A DNA stretch of 32,000 nucleotides, taken from assembly GCA_025839675.1 (NCBI GenBank), contig CP104013.1, forward strand, positions 3,420,001 to 3,452,000. The letters are read 5' to 3'. Below are positions 29,001 to 32,000 of this stretch, in pieces. Each line of letters starts with the position of its first letter. Positions within the stretch are counted from its first letter, which is position 1. The notes beneath the pieces are model-generated. The model was not told the origin of the DNA, did no database searches, and saw only the letters and a program-made list of their open reading frames with translations. Origin of the DNA: Candidatus Lokiarchaeum ossiferum (GTDB lineage Archaea; Asgardarchaeota; Lokiarchaeia; Sigyniarchaeales; Promethearchaeaceae). The position numbers and the translations under genes were made by a program.

Positions 29001-30342
29001 TGAAGATGCAATTGGGGCGATTTTGCGGGGAAAAAGTCTGATTGTTGTGGGTGATAGTGAACAACTTCCTCCAACCAATTTTTTCTCTGCTCAAAGCAAT
29101 GCTGACGAAGATTTCGATGATCCCGAATTGGATGTAGAAATTCAATCCATGGAAAGTCTCTTGGATGAATGTACGGGAATCGGTTTTCGAGAAAAATTAT
29201 TGAAATTTCATTATCGTTCCAAGAAAGAAGGTCTTATCGCGTTTTCAAATATTAATTATTATAATGGGCGATTGTTTAGCTTTCCTGATATTGGAACTGG
29301 GAAAACTAAAAAACTCATAACAAAAAACCAAGATTCGGATGAAAGAACTACTTCACAAGCAAATTTGGAAGCTGAATTGGATGCAGAAATAAATGGGGAT
29401 CTTGATAATATACATCCTGAATTGGAAAATTATCAAGATATTGTAGCGTTACCCGCGATCGATTTTCATTATGTTTCTAAAGGAAGAAAATTGAAAGGAA
29501 CCAATAAAATTGAAGCAGACGCCTTAGCTCATGCTATCATAAACCATTATAAAAGTAATCAAAAGTATCAAACCAAATATTCTTTAGGGATAGTGGCATT
29601 TTCGCAAGCTCAACAAGATACTATTCAAAAAGCTTTAGATCACCTAGTGAAATTAGAACCTTCCGTAGAATCCATAATCTATAACGATCCGGAAGAACCT
29701 CTCTTCATAAAAAATCTGGAATCTGTCCAAGGGGATGAACGGGATTTCATCTTCTTCAGCATCGGCTATGGGAAGGATATGAAGGGAAAAATGAGTCTGA
29801 ATTTTGGCCCCTTGAATCGAACAGGCGGTTATCGACGATTAAATGTAGCCATTACCCGAGCACGGTATCACATCAAGCTTTTTGCTTCCTTTTTACCAGG
29901 TGATATTCCGATAGATCGTGTAAAAGCTCGTGGATTGCGTGATTTAGTGGCTTACATGAAATTTGCACGGTTAAGTATTCTCCCTGGTAAAAAAGATGTA
30001 TTTTCTTTAAAGGAAGCAGATCGGGCTGAATCTTTTGAAGCTGATGTCGAGCGCACTTTGGAAAAACTTGGCTATGAGGTAGAATTAAAGGTCGGTTCTA
30101 GTGATTTTAAGATTGATTTGGCCGTGATCGATCCAGATAATCCTTCCAAATATATCTTAGGCATCGAATTGGATGGGGGATCTTATAAAGATGCTGATAA
30201 TGCTCGCGATCGTGACCGGATTCGTACCAGCGTATTACACATGCTCGGTTGGAATATGATCCACATTTGGTCCATGAACTGGTATACCGACAAAGCGAAA
30301 GAAATACGACGCATCAAGCGAAACATTAAAAAGGCAATATAA
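26020..30342 (+). CDS. DUF4011-type N-terminus + Upf1-like SF1 helicase (AAA_11/AAA_12) + C-terminal PD-(D/E)xK restriction-endonuclease-like domain
   Basis: The N-terminus is RWKSNFLDLSNRNTQLNF (DUF4011-like). Helicase motifs are Walker A IQGPPGTGKSQ, motif II VIFDEASQ, VVGDSEQLPP, FHYRS, VQGDERDFIFFS and LNVAITRAR. The C-terminus FEADVERTLEKLGYEV...DFKIDLAV...LGIELDGGSY...IRTSVLHMLGWNMIHIWS resembles the MTES_1575/DUF559-type nuclease fold. Confidence 0.9.
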   Translation: MSKTSSKAIAKINRWKSNFLDLSNRNTQLNFNPSSKSYIEILHPDCATLFKILVVLDQTGTFPSVFKHKVRKSRAKKSSKTAFETTPEPNVSKETQDKHLEALEIVKKKARLTEVITKLTDNVLETRIKRIIRKNQDALDERGINILYITFGLLKWKEKGESTFSTSPLLFIPAKLSLKPLSVDLLDDEVIVNPALREKLLGEQIRLPKFGYEFDSRAFEHYFSSVEEAINIEPSWELQHRSFIGTFSFTKAPLFEDLDDHQTNLLNHPIVRAIAEEQGFAEKKENLPDRNFLGDKLAPTDSYAILDCDSSQMEAVLYAKSGSSLVIQGPPGTGKSQCIANIIAESLAVGKKVLFVAQKRAALDVVKKRLEKCGVGDFCLQVHSQNSNKKEILQQIEHSMNLNQADFQVREGKFKELGLIRDKLNEYVETINQSFGKMDLSLYEIIGHLLKLEEVPLIEADIRDPKSITEPDFVAIKDLFNQLELFRKTMENYDDNPWRYSRIVSPLILSPELHLVLRKLLVSFKKGNTHLQEALRQIHLKFSPDFINKLNGLNHWQKTLQIGKYWGDILRNIYELWETMDSDFYKLSEYFDLDSVVEFEDLDFHSLKQIRLAYEDLVPENKSLNKWLHHHLAEYLQKIEGFNDRVTVWNLKSKLKPIQGEKDLVRLEKFFNSYNDNALLLDVDSLVARFTIDYTSWFKRKGQNYKTDKESILACLRIPNPKANVMGHLNIIKAFQDEFGKPFSSSPEFLADLLEEFDGLFEQWKSFRELDDLLHPLLSVSFLTSEFQQNLWDKNHIFATQWYDNLPYLNDWFEVQVRKHHLRDLGMGDLFDGLINKKLVEVGPDKKLIPYEKIFEKTFYSIYFTDIKDSLPPIANFDRKFHEKELDKFIKIDSESLLLNQGRLQAKLFGQRPKSDLDISDTLLAQTGYIKRELKKKRNVKPLRQTFMEAQEYITLLKPCFLMSPLSIANYLAVEKYEQFFDIVIFDEASQVTPEDAIGAILRGKSLIVVGDSEQLPPTNFFSAQSNADEDFDDPELDVEIQSMESLLDECTGIGFREKLLKFHYRSKKEGLIAFSNINYYNGRLFSFPDIGTGKTKKLITKNQDSDERTTSQANLEAELDAEINGDLDNIHPELENYQDIVALPAIDFHYVSKGRKLKGTNKIEADALAHAIINHYKSNQKYQTKYSLGIVAFSQAQQDTIQKALDHLVKLEPSVESIIYNDPEEPLFIKNLESVQGDERDFIFFSIGYGKDMKGKMSLNFGPLNRTGGYRRLNVAITRARYHIKLFASFLPGDIPIDRVKARGLRDLVAYMKFARLSILPGKKDVFSLKEADRAESFEADVERTLEKLGYEVELKVGSSDFKIDLAVIDPDNPSKYILGIELDGGSYKDADNARDRDRIRTSVLHMLGWNMIHIWSMNWYTDKAKEIRRIKRNIKKAI

Positions 30343-30367
30343 CGATTTCAAGGATACTGAGAAAATT

Positions 30368-30634
30368 ATGAGTGTGTTATTAAATCCCCTTGTTCAACTA
30401 TTACCAAAAAATAAACTTAGTTATCGGATTTATTGTTGTATTTTTGTAATCATAGCAATATTTGCTTATTTCTTCTTTCCTACCCAAACTCTCCCAGGAG
30501 CAAATTTTGTGGTAATGGGATTCGCAATCTTATTTGCCCTAACTTTTTATTATTTGAGTTTTTCAGTTGATCGAGAAGCAAAACCTCATGATAGTATGCA
30601 ATACGATGGAAATACCGAAACTCCAGCGAAGTAA
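30368..30634 (+). CDS. Small (88 aa) two-TM membrane protein, hypothetical
   Basis: Has two hydrophobic segments (YRIYCCIFVIIAIFAYFFF and FVVMGFAILFALTFYYLSF). It lies 25 nt after the helicase stop and 14 nt before the next ATG. Confidence 0.45.
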   Translation: MSVLLNPLVQLLPKNKLSYRIYCCIFVIIAIFAYFFFPTQTLPGANFVVMGFAILFALTFYYLSFSVDREAKPHDSMQYDGNTETPAK

Positions 30635-30648
30635 AAAGTGGATTTGAT

Positions 30649-32000
30649 ATGAAAAAAGCACATGTTTTATTTTTTCTTTTCCTAATAATTAATACATCTT
30701 TTGCCCACAGTTTGAACTTTGTTTCCTTGAATCCTGAAATCTCCTTGAAATATCCCCCAAAAGTAAATTCATTTCTATATTCTTCATCAACATCCGAAGT
30801 TGATTATTTAATTATTACAACCACAGAATTTGTTTCCGCTTTAACCGATTTTCAAAACTGGAAACAGCAAAAAGGATTGCACACTCAAATTGTAACTATT
30901 GATGAAATTCAAACAAATCATTCCGGAATCGATTTACAAGCTAAGATCAAAAATTGTATCCAAGCTTTTTATGAAAATAATGGAACCCGATGGGTATTAT
31001 TAGCTGGAGATGATGAACAAGTTCCCTCGCGATCTCTTAAAACCGCTGAAGAACATCCTGGACATGATGAAGGTAATGTTTCTTGTGATTCATATTATGC
31101 TGACTTAGATCACAATTGGGATTCCAATAATGACGGGCTTTGGGCCACAAATTTGGATGATTTTGATTTAATTCCCGAAGTGTATGTTGGAAGATTAACA
31201 GCAAATAATATCGAAGAGATGCAGAAGTTAGTAAGTAATATTTTAGGATATGAAAAAATCCCACCTTTGGGTGATTGGATGACTCGAGCCCTTCTCGCTG
31301 GGGCTATGCTGGTCTTCAATGAAGATTGGGACAATGATAATCAAATTGATTTTGGTGAATGTGATGCAAATCGTCATTATAATTTTCTGAGTCAACAATT
31401 TCCTACCAATTGGAGTTATATTTTACAAGCCGAAGCGGAAGGCTTGAGTCCGTCTCAATATGCATACAATGAAAGTCTAACCATAACCCATTTAGAGAAC
31501 CAAATTAATGATGGAAATGGGATCGTTTTTATTACTGGGCATGGAAATCAAAAGGGGATGTATCGTACAATATTTACTGAAGATGTTGATGATGATGGCT
31601 TATTTGATCAAAATGGGGATCCTCTCTTTGGGGGAGCTGCAATTGACACCCAAATAACTTCACCCCTCATCTCTACTTCGATTACTACTATCAACCCTTC
31701 GCGGACCTTGGGAATGTACTATTTAGGAGGGTGCAGTACTGGCACTTTTGATGAAGATTATGATAGTCTAGCTGAGTATGTTTTAAAAACTAGTGCTATT
31801 GGTTGCATTGCAGGTAGTCATGTTGTATGGGGTGAAGATCAATGGACGGAACGTGACCATGGAGGTTGGTATTCCGAAGGACTTCAATCCCGATTTTTGG
31901 AAAACTTAGTGATGTTTTCTCAACCAGGAAAAGCCTTAGGGTTAGCTAAGCAAGACTACATAGCAGATCTTCAAGAGCTAAATATAACACTCGACTATCC
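30649..32000 (+). CDS. Secreted peptidase C25 (gingipain-like cysteine protease) family protein, 5' part (runs off window)
   Basis: This frame is open from ATG 30649 to the window end, which I translated by hand. It is missing from the ORF track because no stop is reached. It has a signal-peptide-like MKKAHVLFFLFLIINTSFAHS. C25-like blocks are YLIITTTEF, WVLLAGDDEQVPSR, DSYYADLD and VYVGRL, with the catalytic His in FITGHGN and the Cys in YYLGGCSTGTFD. Confidence 0.8.
   Translation, partial: MKKAHVLFFLFLIINTSFAHSLNFVSLNPEISLKYPPKVNSFLYSSSTSEVDYLIITTTEFVSALTDFQNWKQQKGLHTQIVTIDEIQTNHSGIDLQAKIKNCIQAFYENNGTRWVLLAGDDEQVPSRSLKTAEEHPGHDEGNVSCDSYYADLDHNWDSNNDGLWATNLDDFDLIPEVYVGRLTANNIEEMQKLVSNILGYEKIPPLGDWMTRALLAGAMLVFNEDWDNDNQIDFGECDANRHYNFLSQQFPTNWSYILQAEAEGLSPSQYAYNESLTITHLENQINDGNGIVFITGHGNQKGMYRTIFTEDVDDDGLFDQNGDPLFGGAAIDTQITSPLISTSITTINPSRTLGMYYLGGCSTGTFDEDYDSLAEYVLKTSAIGCIAGSHVVWGEDQWTERDHGGWYSEGLQSRFLENLVMFSQPGKALGLAKQDYIADLQELNITLDY

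Noticed and set aside
25957-29145. ORFs 25957-26148, 26145-26357, 27274-27465, 27909-28094, 28229-28447 and 28915-29145
   Set aside because: They are nested in or antisense to the helicase CDS or its immediate upstream region. All are short, with no motifs.
31037-31334. Minus-strand ORFs 31037-31264 and 31110-31334
   Set aside because: They are antisense to the open-ended plus-strand C25 peptidase frame, which has a signal peptide and catalytic His/Cys motifs.
26020-32000. Calling helicase-nuclease + 2TM + C25 protease a known anti-phage defence system
   Set aside because: The domain combination does not match any defence system I can name with confidence, and no signature partner genes are present. 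It is reported only as an observation.

Overview
Strongly AT-rich, gene-dense window with about 20 CDS on both strands. I saw no rRNA, tRNA, CRISPR array, transposase or integrase. Gene content and signals look archaeal, most like an Asgard (Loki-type) genome; this taxonomy is inference. Supporting it are a Rag/Gtr1-like GTPase fused to a roadblock-like domain, a eukaryote-type PPP phosphatase, a MoaD/SAMP-like Ubl ending in GG, and BRE/TATA-like boxes ~20-30 nt upstream of several start codons. Layout: (1) A minus-strand cluster at 276-7068 holds the Rag-like GTPase, a 75-aa orphan, a three-gene split BCR/HAD-type radical enzyme set (BcrA/HgdC-type activase ATPase, HGD-D-like, DUF2229-like) and two PlsC-type acyltransferases, one with a degenerate catalytic motif. 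(2) Divergent from it, 7326-16766 is one 3,146-aa ORF made almost entirely of hydrophobic helices (~90 by my manual count). (3) A convergent PadR plus 2TM-domain membrane protein operon follows. (4) Then housekeeping or accessory genes: HIBADH-like dehydrogenase, PPP phosphatase, GH172/DUF2961, GH2 beta-galactosidase. (5) Last come the Ubl, a Lys-rich orphan, a 1,440-aa DUF4011/Upf1-like SF1 helicase with a C-terminal PD-(D/E)xK-like domain, a small membrane protein and a secreted C25 (gingipain-like) peptidase that runs off the window. The best candidates for novel biology are the giant all-membrane protein and the adjacent PlsC plus PlsA/PlsR/Ger-like lipid ester-to-ether cassette, which has an unresolved start, stop or frameshift junction at 5066-5245.
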